A stretch of DNA of 64,000 nucleotides. Origin: Rhina ancylostomus. Taxonomy: Eukaryota. The number at the start of each line of letters is the position of its first letter. Position 1 is the first letter of the stretch. The translations under genes were made by a program, and so were the position numbers. The notes beneath the pieces were generated by a model. That model made no database searches. It worked only from the letters and a program-made list of their open reading frames with translations, and was not told the origin of the DNA. The DNA is taken from assembly GCA_030265395.1 (NCBI GenBank), contig JARFYF010000001.1:112948622-113012621 (forward strand), read 5' to 3'. Below are positions 25,443-36,095 of this stretch, in pieces.

Positions 25443-27345
25443 GTTCAGCATCTTCTAAAAAAAATGTACAATACAGAAACTATTTACAGATTTTGTTTTC
25501 CAATTCCCTTTTTAAACAGCAGTTCACCACCCCTCAAAATGAGCTAAAAATACTTCAAGCCCAGTAGGTGTTTGGATATGTTTTCTGAACTTGGTAAATA
25601 GTGAACATTAGAATCTGTTATTCCAGTTACGTCCAAAAAAAAAGAGATTAAAAGGCTTGTACCCGTTTTTGGCAGCTGAATATAAACTGGTGTGGCAATA
25701 TACACAGGAATATAATAGCAAAATATCAGTGTAAAATTCCACACCTTTCACACTTTCATGCAGATATGCATGGTCCATAAAACTGGGAATGTTATTTATG
25801 CATTTAAAATCTGGTCTACAACACAATAGCTCTCACTAGCATGCAAAAGATTTTTACGGTACAATTGAAAGTTTTAAACCAAATTCAAATATAACACTTC
25901 AAAGCAGAATAGGATATTTCAAGAGATGAAAATATCCATACTGAAAACATTTTTGTACACAAACATTGTAAACTCATTTCTCTCAGTACAAAATAAATCC
26001 TCATCATTAATGAAGATGTACATCCTCCTCAAACTGCAAGGTATTTTTTAAACTCTTAATGAGAAGCTAAATATATTTGAGGTACTTTTTTTTAAATGAA
26101 GGAATAGCACCCAAAACATTTGGTCTTCATACATTCCTTTCCTTCTGATTAAATGGCAGAACTTTTTAAAATGGTTCTCTCACTACACCGTCAATAAAGT
26201 ATTCACTTCAAGATCTAGTCTTTCAACAACTTGTGACTATTAATCATAAGTGATCCTGAATACAGTCAAGTAAACTGTAACAGAATTTTCTCCTTTATAA
26301 CCTAGGGGTCAGTGAAACCAATACCAACCATCATGACTTCCAACACAGATGAGCTCAATGACCACCTTGATCCATGCATCTCAACGTAGATTAGTATTTA
26401 AAAAAGCCAAATGTTAAAACTCCTGTCCATCAAACCACTAATAAAAAAGAGAAACCAAAAGAATGCACTGGAATTTATGCCAGCAATGATTATTTTCATT
26501 TGATTACTAAATCATACTATTATGATTAGATCAGCTAGTTTTATTACTTTTAGATGCGTATATCCTTGTAAGTGGATAGTTTAGTTGATATGATACCCAA
26601 GCACGCACATTCTGACAAAGACTTAAATAATGCCATGCTTAAGCAAGTTCATGAGATAGAAATTCTGATACAGGATGAGCAGGAACAAGAAAACTAGGAC
26701 AAAAAATAATAAATGCAAGACAAGTGGAAATAGACTTTTGTTATCTGTCTTAAATGTAACCCTACAGAATTCTGGATCCAATTAGTAGTTGATAAGCTAA
26801 ATTTCTAAATGTGTTCAGAAATAACTAATTTGAAAGCAAGCACTGGTTTTCCAATAGAAATAAAGAGCAATCCANNNNNNNNNNTGGGAGACCAAAAAAT
26901 GTAGCACCTTCTACCATATACTACACTATTACTTTCAAATGTACTGCAGAAAATTAGCTGTTATCTGCACATGTATCATTTTCAAGCTAATATTTTGGAA
27001 GATAGGAATTTTCAGAACTTGGATCATGGATACCGCCACAGTATTTTTTTTAAATATAAATGCTACACTTCAAGTCTTTCACCAAAATAGTACAAAGGAC
27101 CCATTACACAACCAGAAGTTTGAAAGACTTAAAAGGAGCATGCAAGGCTCAGTATTAAAGCTTTGTAACTTTGCAACAAAGCCCACAAGAACAAAAGTAA
27201 ATTTAGTACAACACTGCTACCCACCACAGGTGACCTCATACTTCAATGTATAGTCGCCTTCTCCCATGAATCCATTACTAAACAGTACAATGCCTTATGG
27301 AAGGATAATAGCTTTAGTCACCTTTCACTTCATTCTGTCCTAGAA

Positions 27346-27548
27346 TCAGGAATCATCAGTTCTACTCGTGTATTCCAATGTACGTTTTCTCACAGTATCC
27401 TGTAAATGATCCCCATCATCTTTCACCAGAGACTTCTCAAATCTTTTACTATTGCTCTTCTTTGCTTGAGAACACAGATCATCTTCATCATCTTCATCCT
27501 GAAATTGTCCATCTTTTGGCTTCAGCAGCTTGGTTCCAGGCACTTTTT
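27346..27548 (-). CDS. TMX1: TMX1 exon 8 (coding part): acidic cytosolic tail
   Basis: Poly-T tract then GGAAG acceptor, phase 1 matches exon 7; KVPGTKLLKPKDGQFQDEDDEDDL...DTVRKRTLEYTSRTDDS; TGA at 27348-27346. Confidence 0.88.
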
Positions 27549-30500
27549 CTTCCAAACAAAAAAAAATCCATTCAATTTTCATGTAATCAAAAACAAAAAT
27601 ATCATAGTAAACCACTTATTTAGTTGATTGTTAAACACCATGTGAAGGACAAGGATGAATTAATGGTCAATTGACTGTGCACTAAAAAAAAAGTTCAAAC
27701 TTGGGATAGATTGAGATCAGGAATGGAGAAGAGCAATGATGGGCTGCTGTAGGGATAAGAGAGCAAACCATCCAGGGAGGAAAGAAAATTATGGCTCAAA
27801 TAACTAAAAATGGAGAGACCATTAGCTGCTAGGAAGAACACGTTAGTCTAAGCTGTCTAAATTATTTGTCAACATTAGACAATCTCAAACAACATTACAG
27901 AGTGGACTCACAGACAATTAGATCTAAATGATAATCATTTTATGAAAACTAGCTTCTGCTCCTCAGGTGAGTTTTCAAAAACCCCAGTACTTGAAGCTTG
28001 TGGGTACTGCAAACATTCTTAGAAGTGGACTTACTTTGAGAGCAATGAGGTTGATGTCTATATCGCCGCGATGGTAATACACAGTCTGCCACGAAGACCA
28101 GAATCTAAAGCAAATGCAGATATTTAATTGAAGTAAATTCAATCCAATGGAGACATCAAATAATTTTATATTTTGAACTACTTAAACCATGGATTTCTAT
28201 TTACAATGCAGTCACTTGCAATAATTTCAATTAACATTGATCTGAGTTGTGAAATCTGAAAATATTTATGTCATAAATTAACCTATGAAAGCCATCTTTA
28301 GAAATCTTACCAATCCAAGCACAAGACCAGAAAACAGAGTCATCAAAGCAAAAATGCTATACGATCCCCAAACGGGTATGCCAATATCTTCAGTGAAGTA
28401 ATTATGACAGTGCTGAAAAATAAACATTTTAAATGCAATTCAAAATACAGCCATAATCCACAAGATAATGAAATCAGTCACTGGAAAAAGGCATACTTGC
28501 ATGTATTTTGTCAGGACAAATATGAAAAGGAAAATATGGCATAACTCAAGAGCATTAATCTTGGACACAATACTAGTACTCCCAAAACATTGAGAGTTTT
28601 TGTTGTATTTTGTGCCACTGAAGACGGAAGCCTCATGAGGGGTATCAAGCAACCTCACGTGCAAACTATCCTAATTTTTGGGTACCTCCAAGCAACCAGC
28701 CTAAAAGAACATTGAGAGATTCTAGAAAGCAATGCACAGTCTTTTCCAAATACCACTTAGAGCTCAGCAAAACATTCCTCCAAATACACATATTTACTCT
28801 TCCCATCATTTCAATCAAAATCTTTCCACGTATTTTCTAAGGGTTAGTTAATGTGGGAGGTAGAATGAAAAGGAACAATGAATGTAATATACTCTGCTGA
28901 AACAGAAATGGCCACGGTGTAATAACTAAAGTTAGCTAGATAACAGTGGACAAAAGTGAAGGTGCATACAAGTACAATTGTTTTCTTTTGTTCCCCACAG
29001 ATCTGTACTAGGACCTCAACTTTTCACTATTTCAGTGAATTGAATTAAAAATAATTACATCCAAGTCTGCACATAACAAACTGGGAAGGTACAGAAAGTT
29101 GTGCAGATGAGAGAAGCGTTACAGGAGCATGGATAGACTGAGTGGGTTAAACTGCAGGATATCAGCTTGAAAGTTATGGAAATGCAAGGTCATTCACTTC
29201 CAACTATTAGAAATGAATCTGATTTCCAACCGGCAAGAGACTAGAACTGTGGATAATGAAAAAAAATTCAATGAAAAGCCTAGAAGGTAATATGAAGATT
29301 CAAAAAGCAATTAAAAACTTTAATGGAATCTTGTCCTTTACCTAAAAGGACTGGATATATATAAAATATAAAACAGCAGTAATGTATTCGCAGGTAACAT
29401 AGCAGAAATTAAAAAAATGACCACATACCAAAACCATATACTCATGACAGGCAAAATAAAAAATCACCCATCACGTGGTCTTGCTGGCCCCTCAAGGTAG
29501 GAGCACCAGAAGCTGGGAAAAAGTGGCTTCAAGGCAATTCTAGTTATCTGCAGCTTCATTTTTGTCTGTGGTTGTCTAGTTATCTGTACTAGGAAAGGTT
29601 CATTTATATACAAGTAGTTTCATTTTCTCCCCACCCCCCCAGAGTCATGTAATTAAAATCTCAACCAATTCAAAATTAAGGAACAATAATGCTCGGTTTT
29701 CTAATATTCATCCACTATTGCAATGTAATGGTAGTTCAAGTTATAAACTAAACTACAATAAAAGTTACAATAAAAATTTTAAGTCCTCAATATCAACATC
29801 ACTTTGCCCACTGATTATACATACTAAAAATTGCCTACATAATATCTAGTGCCTTTCAAAGAAGAGAGATCCAAAGATGTAACAAAGATTATGTAGAACA
29901 TTACACCATCACAACTCAGCTGGCATCAGATAATAACTTACACGAATCCACATCGACAGCTGGAATAATGCTGACATGCTAGTCATCCTGCAATGACATT
30001 ACAACAGGGCTATGAGTAACATTCAATTAGGATTAAAAATGTCAACAAGTGATTTATGATCAATACTTGAAATCACTTGTGCTCCAAAAATCCAACTAAA
30101 ATTATTTGATCACTTCAAATATCAAAGTCAACTTTCAAAAGGAATAACTTCTAGAAGGATATTCTTATCCACTTTCATTAACCAATGAATGCCCAATTAG
30201 ATGTGCAAGTGAAAGTATGAAATAATTTTAGAGAACCCACAGACAGACAAATGTTATTTGATACTAAAAGGCTAATTTAAAGCCCATTACTTTCCAGATG
30301 AATGCTATCATTATCCCATTTAGTGGCCACTGGAAAACATATCCACCACTCGGGACTGTGTTCTGATGTTTATATCCTTTTTTGTAAAGATTGTTCAGTG
30401 TATTGAACCGCAAACAGTTTCTCCATATTACTCTGAGGTAATAATTTTTCTTGGCATTCTAATGTTCACTGAGAATAGTGAATACCTGCAAGGAACTCCT

Positions 30501-33500
30501 GGATTCTCTACAATACACCATAATGCTAATAACCAACCACTTGTTTGAAAGTGGGTAGCAAAAGGAAAAACAATACACTAATACTCATCATCATCCCATT
30601 TTTAATTTTTATGGCATCATTTCATACATCTATGGATGCTGCCTGACCTGCTGAGTTCCTCCAGCATTTTGTGTGTTGCTCCAGATTCCAGCATTTGCAG
30701 AATCTCATGTAGTCATTTCATACAAAATAAGGTTTTTTTTGATAATTTAAACATTTGTTTTTAAACTTATTCAGACGAGTTTGACTATGAACTTTCATAG
30801 CTTAACACAGAATTTAATTAGCTCATCAAAAAACAAAGAGAAAATGATTTATTTGTTAAGTAACTTCTTCCTTTTACTCCTGAGACATTACTATTTTAAA
30901 GATAACTTTAGGGTGCTTTTGGACGATTTTAAATGCTTCAAATTTTATAATTATTTATACCTAAACAATTAGTCTCAAGACCTGTCAATGGAGTCTGTAT
31001 TCATCATTATGGCCAAGTAATAATTAATACAGCAAACAAATATTGTAATTTCAATTGGAGGCCATTCCATACTGTTTCATAAACCAAGTTACAATTAAAA
31101 CTAAAAGGTACTTAAATAATACAATTAAGGAAAAAATACAACTACAGTTAGAAAAAAATTATGTATTGAAATTGTGCTTAAACTTACAAAAAGGAGGAAG
31201 GTTGTAACCAAGAATACATTGGTTCTATGGCTTCCCACTTCTTTCCATCTATGAAATCAATGAAGTCATTCTTCATTCTAGGACCTTGATACTTTCTAAA
31301 CTCGCCATCCTTACAACTGAAAAAAAACAATTCAATACCACAAGAAAATGGGTATTTTTATGCTTCCACAATATTAGAATTCTTGAAGTTATCCAAATTA
31401 CAAATATCACTTAAATTAGCTGCAACATAGAAGCTTCCAATATTTTACTTGTCTTCAAAATGTACTCAATATATTCATTATGCAAAATGCTATTGTAAAA
31501 TAAATTGTACTTCAACATACAGATTTACAGAGGTAAGAAAGATATTTGATTAGAACTGGGCACATTGTACTTTAATATTAAGAAATATTTTGAAGTTGTA
31601 ATATGATACAGCAATGTGGCTAACTGGTTTATGAAACAGTTAATATTACTAATAACTACTCAGATCATAGCACCATCTAGATATCCAAGGAAACTTTAAG
31701 ATCCTATGAGGTCACTTCTGCCATAATAAAATTATAAATAATTAAGTGGTAAAAGTAAACAAATTTTAGTCATTTTCACTTTGTTTTCCACAGACTAACA
31801 CTGGTTCAATATGTGTTTGGAATAAATCACGTAGTCCTTCTGGTCACAAACACAAATCACAACCATTGATTATTTCACAACTAGATCTAGTCATTACTGG
31901 ACTCAATCACTTCAAACATCTTTCACCCTTTTTTTTAAGAAAAAGATACAGTGACCAGGCCATCAGGTGCCTTTGCACCTTTCAAACTTTGAACTCCATT
32001 GCTGAAATTACCTGATAACTGAGACAATCCAGTCCAGTTGACTAGTATACAAGATGACCCCAAATGTAGTGTTTGGTTTACAGCATGTTCCCCAGGTCTG
32101 ACATATTCATTCTTTTGTATAGAATTTCATTGAGTATAGGAAATGTGAAGAGCACTGGATAAATTTAAAGCTTCTGCACAAAGTTTACATTCTAGCCCAA
32201 GTTTATTGCTTCATTAAGAGTTAGCAAAATATCAGTCTAAAAATATTAGCTATTATATCTCAATGGCATAAGCATTATGAAACAACAACTGTGATTCAAG
32301 CCCTGATATTGTTAAACTACTGGACACATTATGACAAAGCACAAGAAACAAGTATTAGAATATGACACCACTGTCCTGCACAAACCCCTATTACTTTCAA
32401 CTCCTTTTATATTATATCCAAAAGCATGTTCATCTCTTTCATGAATATACTCAGATAGTGACTGAGCAGTTGATTCTTTTGGAGTTCAGACCCAATTTTG
32501 GGCAGGGGGAAGAAAGAAAATCATTGCTGAGTACCTCTGAAGTGCTCTACAAGAATGGGAAGAAATGCTTGTGGATTTTCTAACTGCAGATTCAATATAT
32601 CAATATACAAAGAAATTACATGGAAAAAATGTTTTTAAAAAGCAAATAAGTTTATAATGTACTTATAACAGAGTTATATACTTACTGGTATATTGTGGGA
32701 AGAGCTGTAATAATGAATCGACCACTCAGACCTGTTTTTAAAAAGGACAGTTATCACAGCAAAAATGCAAATCACTTCTAAAATCAAATTTATGCAGTTT
32801 AATTCTTGGGAACACACTACTAAACTCCATCTATAGAAATAGTGTTGCCAGCTTTTAACACACATTTTCCCCAAGTCATCAATGCATACAGTTCTCTTCC
32901 CCCCCCCCCACCACCAAAAGACAAAGTAATTGATTCTTTCAAAAATTTAAGAGTCAGAAACAAACCTTTCAGCCCATCAGGTCCAAACTTACACTAACCC
33001 CTTGCTACACCAGCACCAGTTACACTNNNNNNNNNNNNNNNNNNNNNNNNNNNNNNNNNNNNNNNNNNNNNNNNNNNNNNNNNNNNNNNNNNNNNNNNNN
33101 NNNNNNNNNNNNNNNNNNNNNNNNNNCTACACCAGCACCAGTTACACTAATCCCTTGTTTAAAAATCGTCCCCAGTCCCATGAACTCCTCCCAGATTCTA
33201 CTTGCACACTAGGGACAATTTGACAGTGTGCAACTGACCTACAAACCCACATATTGTTAAGGTGCTCCAGTTTCCCCCCATATCCCAAGGAAATCCATGC
33301 AGTCACAGGGAGAACATGCAAGGACCATGCAAGTTGGTGTTGTGTACATGGACTTTCAAAATAAGCTTGATGAACCATCAGCAACAAAATTGAAACCCAC
33401 AAGTAATAAAAGGGTCATTGACAACACAAATACGGAATTGGCTTTGATACAAGAAACTTTGATGAACTGTTACTTTTTGCACTGGACAAAGGCATATAGT

Positions 33501-35293
33501 GGCAAGCCTTTATCAAGGGTTCATACAAGAAACACTGATTTTCTTGATAAATATTTTTGTGCAAAAAAGATACACAATTGCAAAATATGTTGGTGGCACA
33601 AAACATTAAACATGACACTGGACTTCAATCACTCATCAGATGAAGTTTAATGCAAAGAAATGCGAAGTGATAATATAACTGGAAAAACAAGAGGCAATAT
33701 AATGCAAGGGGATAAATCTGAAGAGGAGTAAATAGAGATACACATGGGTACACATGTAAGATAAGATATCTTAATTCGTCACATGTACATCGAGACACAC
33801 AGTGAAATGCATCTTCTGTGTAGAGTGTTCTGGAGGCAGCCTGCAAGTGTCACCATGCTTCCGCTGCCAACATAGCATGCCCACAACTTCCTGACCTGTG
33901 TATCTTTTGGAACATGGGAGGAAACCAGAGCACCCAGAGGAAACCCATGCAGACACACAGAGAACGTATAAACTCCTTACAGACAGTGGCTGGAATCAAA
34001 CCCAGGTCACTGGCATTGTAAAGCGTCACGCTAACTGCTACACTACCGTGCACGTATAAATCATTGATGTGGTAGGACAAGCTGAGGAGAGCTTTATTAA
34101 TAGAGAGAGTTGGAAAAATAAGGAAATCAATCTGAATCTTTATAAAACATTGTTTCAGCTAAAATTGGAGCAGATGTGGCTCAAGGCTTTTAAAAAAATT
34201 ACAATTCCCAGAATGAGGAACTGCAGTAATAACCAACAGCAGGTAGACTAGGGATGCTAAACTCTTGCAACCTATAGAAACAAAAATTTACACTTCCCAG
34301 ATAAAATGCAGTCTAAAACCTACATTTTCCAAACACTATTATACAAAACTGCAAGCACTTTGATCTCAAGAGTATAAAAATAGCTTTTCCAATTTATTAA
34401 TAGCTTTTCCAAACGTTCAAATCATTACTGGAGGCATGCTTTATTCCCCTCAGTGAAAATAAAATGCAAATAATCAAAGAAGAATACCTGGCTGCTCAGT
34501 TACATCCACTTTGGCAACATTAACACCCAGATCGTCACTCCACTCTGCAAACTCATTCCATTCTGACTGAAGTTGTTGGCAGGCAGGACACCAGGGGGCA
34601 TAACTGGAGATTAAGCAAAACACCGATTAACATATACACATGGCTATCATCAACTCATTCTTCTGTCGTATTATCTTATTATTTTTTATTTTAAAATGTT
34701 ACTGAGAAAATCATCTGTTACATATTATCCAACAGTAAGATTAANNNNNNNNNNNNNNNNNNNNNNNNNNNNNNNNNNNNNNNNNNNNNNNNNNNNNNNN
34801 NNNNNNNNNNNNNNNNNNNNNNNNNNNNNNNNNNNNNNNNNNNNATTAAAGGCTGGCGTGATAAGTCTCCCAGCTCTAGGCGATGCCCAATCCCGGACCT
34901 GCCTTCTCAGCTGCACTGCCCCTGCCCTGGCAATCGCCAGCTCTAGCCCCGACCCTGACATACTACATTCATGTGCTTTCGTCTCCTTGGATTTGTCAGC
35001 TTTGCTGGGTTCCTCCCAGCGCCAAGTCCTGCCCACAGCCTGTGGTAAATGACAGGCGGGGTCAGGGCCGTGCCTTTGCCCTGACTTGCTGCAGACACTC
35101 GGCGTGAGTACCGGAACCTTGATACTTACAACTCCACCATCCATTCACCCTCCAGAATCTCCCTCCAGTTGTGGTCAGTGATGACTTTAACCGAGCCCCT
35201 CCCAGCCTGCAGAAACGGCGCCAACCATAACACGACCAGCAGCGTAAACGTGAGCACCGGCCGCCCAGAGGGCCCAACGACCACCGCCGCCAT
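27346..35293 (-). CDS. TMX1: Thioredoxin-related transmembrane protein 1, full 8-exon gene span (291 aa)
   Basis: Eight exons (164+116+46+129+46+102+70+203 = 876 nt) join in frame with GT-AG introns: MAAVVVGPSGRPVLTFTLLVVLWLAPFLQAG...WMVEFYAPWCPACQQLQSEW...GLSGRFIITALPTIYHCKDGEFRKYQGPR...MTSMSALFQLSMWIRHCHNYF...WGSYSIFALMTLFSGLVLGLILVFVADC...VRKRTLEYTSRTDDS*. Signal peptide, Trx fold with CPAC, TM helix, acidic tail and RKR motif match vertebrate TMX1. Confidence 0.96.
28035..28104 (-). CDS. TMX1: TMX1 exon 7 (end of TM helix, juxtamembrane Cys and basic patch)
   Basis: GCTTTAG acceptor; ILVFVADCVLPSRRYRHQPHCSQ plus 1 nt; donor GTAAGT; 70 nt. Confidence 0.92.
28311..28412 (-). CDS. TMX1: TMX1 exon 6 (start of transmembrane helix)
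   Basis: TTTTTCAG acceptor; HCHNYFTEDIGIPVWGSYSIFALMTLFSGLVLGL; donor GTAAGA; 102 nt. Confidence 0.95.
29942..29987 (-). CDS. TMX1: TMX1 exon 5
   Basis: TTGCAG acceptor; MTSMSALFQLSMWIR; donor GTAAGT; 46 nt. Confidence 0.95.
31188..31316 (-). CDS. TMX1: TMX1 exon 4
   Basis: TTTTCAG acceptor; CKDGEFRKYQGPRMKNDFIDFIDGKKWEAIEPMYSWLQPSSF(L); donor GTAAGT; 129 nt. Confidence 0.95.
32686..32731 (-). CDS. TMX1: TMX1 exon 3
   Basis: AACAG acceptor; (G)LSGRFIITALPTIY(H) with the Trx cis-proline; donor GTAAGT; 46 nt. Confidence 0.95.
33135..33325 (-). mobile_element. V-SINE-like remnant
   Basis: AAGGAAATCCATGCAGTCACAGGGAGAACATGCAA block resembling 33930-33975; a similar remnant lies at ~11830-12014. 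Confidence 0.6.
33765..34050 (-). mobile_element. tRNA-derived V-SINE in TMX1 intron 2, nested in a CR1 remnant
   Basis: Minus strand begins CACGGTAGTGTAGCAGTTAG (A box) then GGGTTTGATTCC (B box), followed by V-domain GGGTTTCCTCTGGGTGCTCTGGTTTCCTCCCA. Confidence 0.8.
34488..34603 (-). CDS. TMX1: TMX1 exon 2, active site WCPAC
   Basis: CTCCAG acceptor; YAPWCPACQQLQSEWNEFAEWSDDLGVNVAKVDVTEQP; donor GTATTC; 116 nt. Confidence 0.96.
35130..35293 (-). CDS. TMX1: TMX1 exon 1 (coding part): signal peptide and start of Trx domain
   Basis: ATG in strong Kozak context (AAAATGG) at 35293; encodes MAAVV...VKVITDHNWREILEGEWMVE(F); donor GTAAGT follows at 35129. Confidence 0.93.
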
Positions 35294-35510
35294 TTTCCAC
35301 GGAATGCGCAATGCGCATGTCACCAACGCAATCGTGAGCGGCCTCTACACAATTCGGCGGGAGGGCGGGGACGAGGGGAAAGAAACGACGGGGATTGGAC
35401 AAAGGGAGGTCAGGGAAGCGGGGATTGGACGTCTCTGTCCAAGGGCAGCGGGGATTGGACAGGCTGTTCTAGGGCAGCGGGGATTGGACAGGCTGTTCAC
35501 CCAATCAGAG
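35285..35510 (-). promoter_or_regulatory. TMX1 CpG-rich promoter with no obvious TATA box
   Basis: Local CpG enrichment (~35050-35500); YY1-type AAAATGGCGGC overlapping the ATG; NRF1-like TGCGCATG at ~35312; GC box GAGGGCGGGG at 35361-35370; four CCAAT boxes (plus-strand ATTGG at 35394, 35424, 35454, 35483) and an opposite-strand CCAAT at 35501. Confidence 0.8.
35388..35497. repeat. Tandem repeat, ~30-bp unit x ~4, core CGGGGATTGGAC
   Basis: Core recurs with spacings of 30, 30 and 29 nt. Confidence 0.9.
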
Positions 35511-36095
35511 ACATCCCCCTTGCCCTATCTGTCACTCTCCCACTCATGAAGCTTTCCAGCAACTGGTTTTCTCTCCTTCCCAATTCTGACAAATGGTCAT
35601 ATTCCGCCTTGGCAGTCTCCAACCTGACGGCATCAACGATTTCTCTAACTTCCAGTAATCCCTCCCTTTTCCCTCATTCCTGTGGCCCCCTCACCCTTAC
35701 TCTTTCTCCTCCCCCGCCCTCACAACCTGCCCATCACCACCCTCTCATCCCCCACCTCCTTCCCTTTATTCTATGGTCTACTGTCCACTCCGACCAGATT
35801 CTTTCTTCTCCAGCACTTTGCCTCTCCTCCCAGCTTCTTGCATCATTCCCTTTCATCCCCCCTCCCCCACCCACCTACCTTCCCGCTCTCACCTGGACCC
35901 ACCTATCACCTGCTGACTTATGGTCCTCCCCCTACCTTTTTATTCTGGCTTCTGCCCTCTCCAGTCCTGGTGAAGGGTCTCGACCCGAAACATCAACTGT
36001 TTATTTCCCTCCAATAGATGCTGCCTGAGCTGCTGAGTTCCTCCAGCATTTTGTGTATGTTGTCCCAGATTTCCAGCATCTGCAGAATCTCTTGT
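35496..36095 (+). mobile_element. Penelope-like element 3' part (pseudo-LTR) just upstream of the TMX1 promoter
   Basis: ATATTCCGCCTTGGCAGTCTCCAACCTGACGGCATCAACGATTTCTCTAAC (end of the Penelope ORF), pyrimidine-rich spacer, hammerhead-like core, and the common ATGCTGCCTG...GAGTTCCTCCAGCATTTTG tail. Confidence 0.8.
35962..35999 (+). ncRNA. Degenerate minimal type-I hammerhead ribozyme motif in Penelope pseudo-LTR
   Basis: CAGTC-CTGGTGA-A-GGGT(CTCG)ACCC-GAAAC-ATC-AACTG: stem I, CUGAUGA-like box, stem II, GAAA and cleavage triplet. This copy has A6>G and CpG-decay changes. Confidence 0.6.

Noticed and set aside
33005-33148. CTACACCAGCACCAGTTACACT repeated on both sides of a 100-N gap
   Set aside because: Likely an assembly artefact or collapsed tandem repeat; cannot be evaluated through Ns.
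27346-35293. Assignment as TMX4 or another PDI-family paralogue
   Set aside because: The CPAC active site (TMX4 has CPSC), 291-aa length and near-identical blocks such as GLSGRFIITALPTIYHCKDGEFR and SMSALFQLSMWIR fit TMX1.
35294-35326. N-terminal extension MVTCALRIPWK in the ORF track
   Set aside because: It starts at a non-ATG codon; the ATG at 35293 has a strong Kozak context and gives a normal signal peptide.
35388-35497. CRISPR-like reading of the 30-bp periodic repeat with variable intervening sequence
   Set aside because: The constant part is only ~12 bp, the intervening parts resemble each other, the context is a vertebrate promoter, and there are no cas genes.
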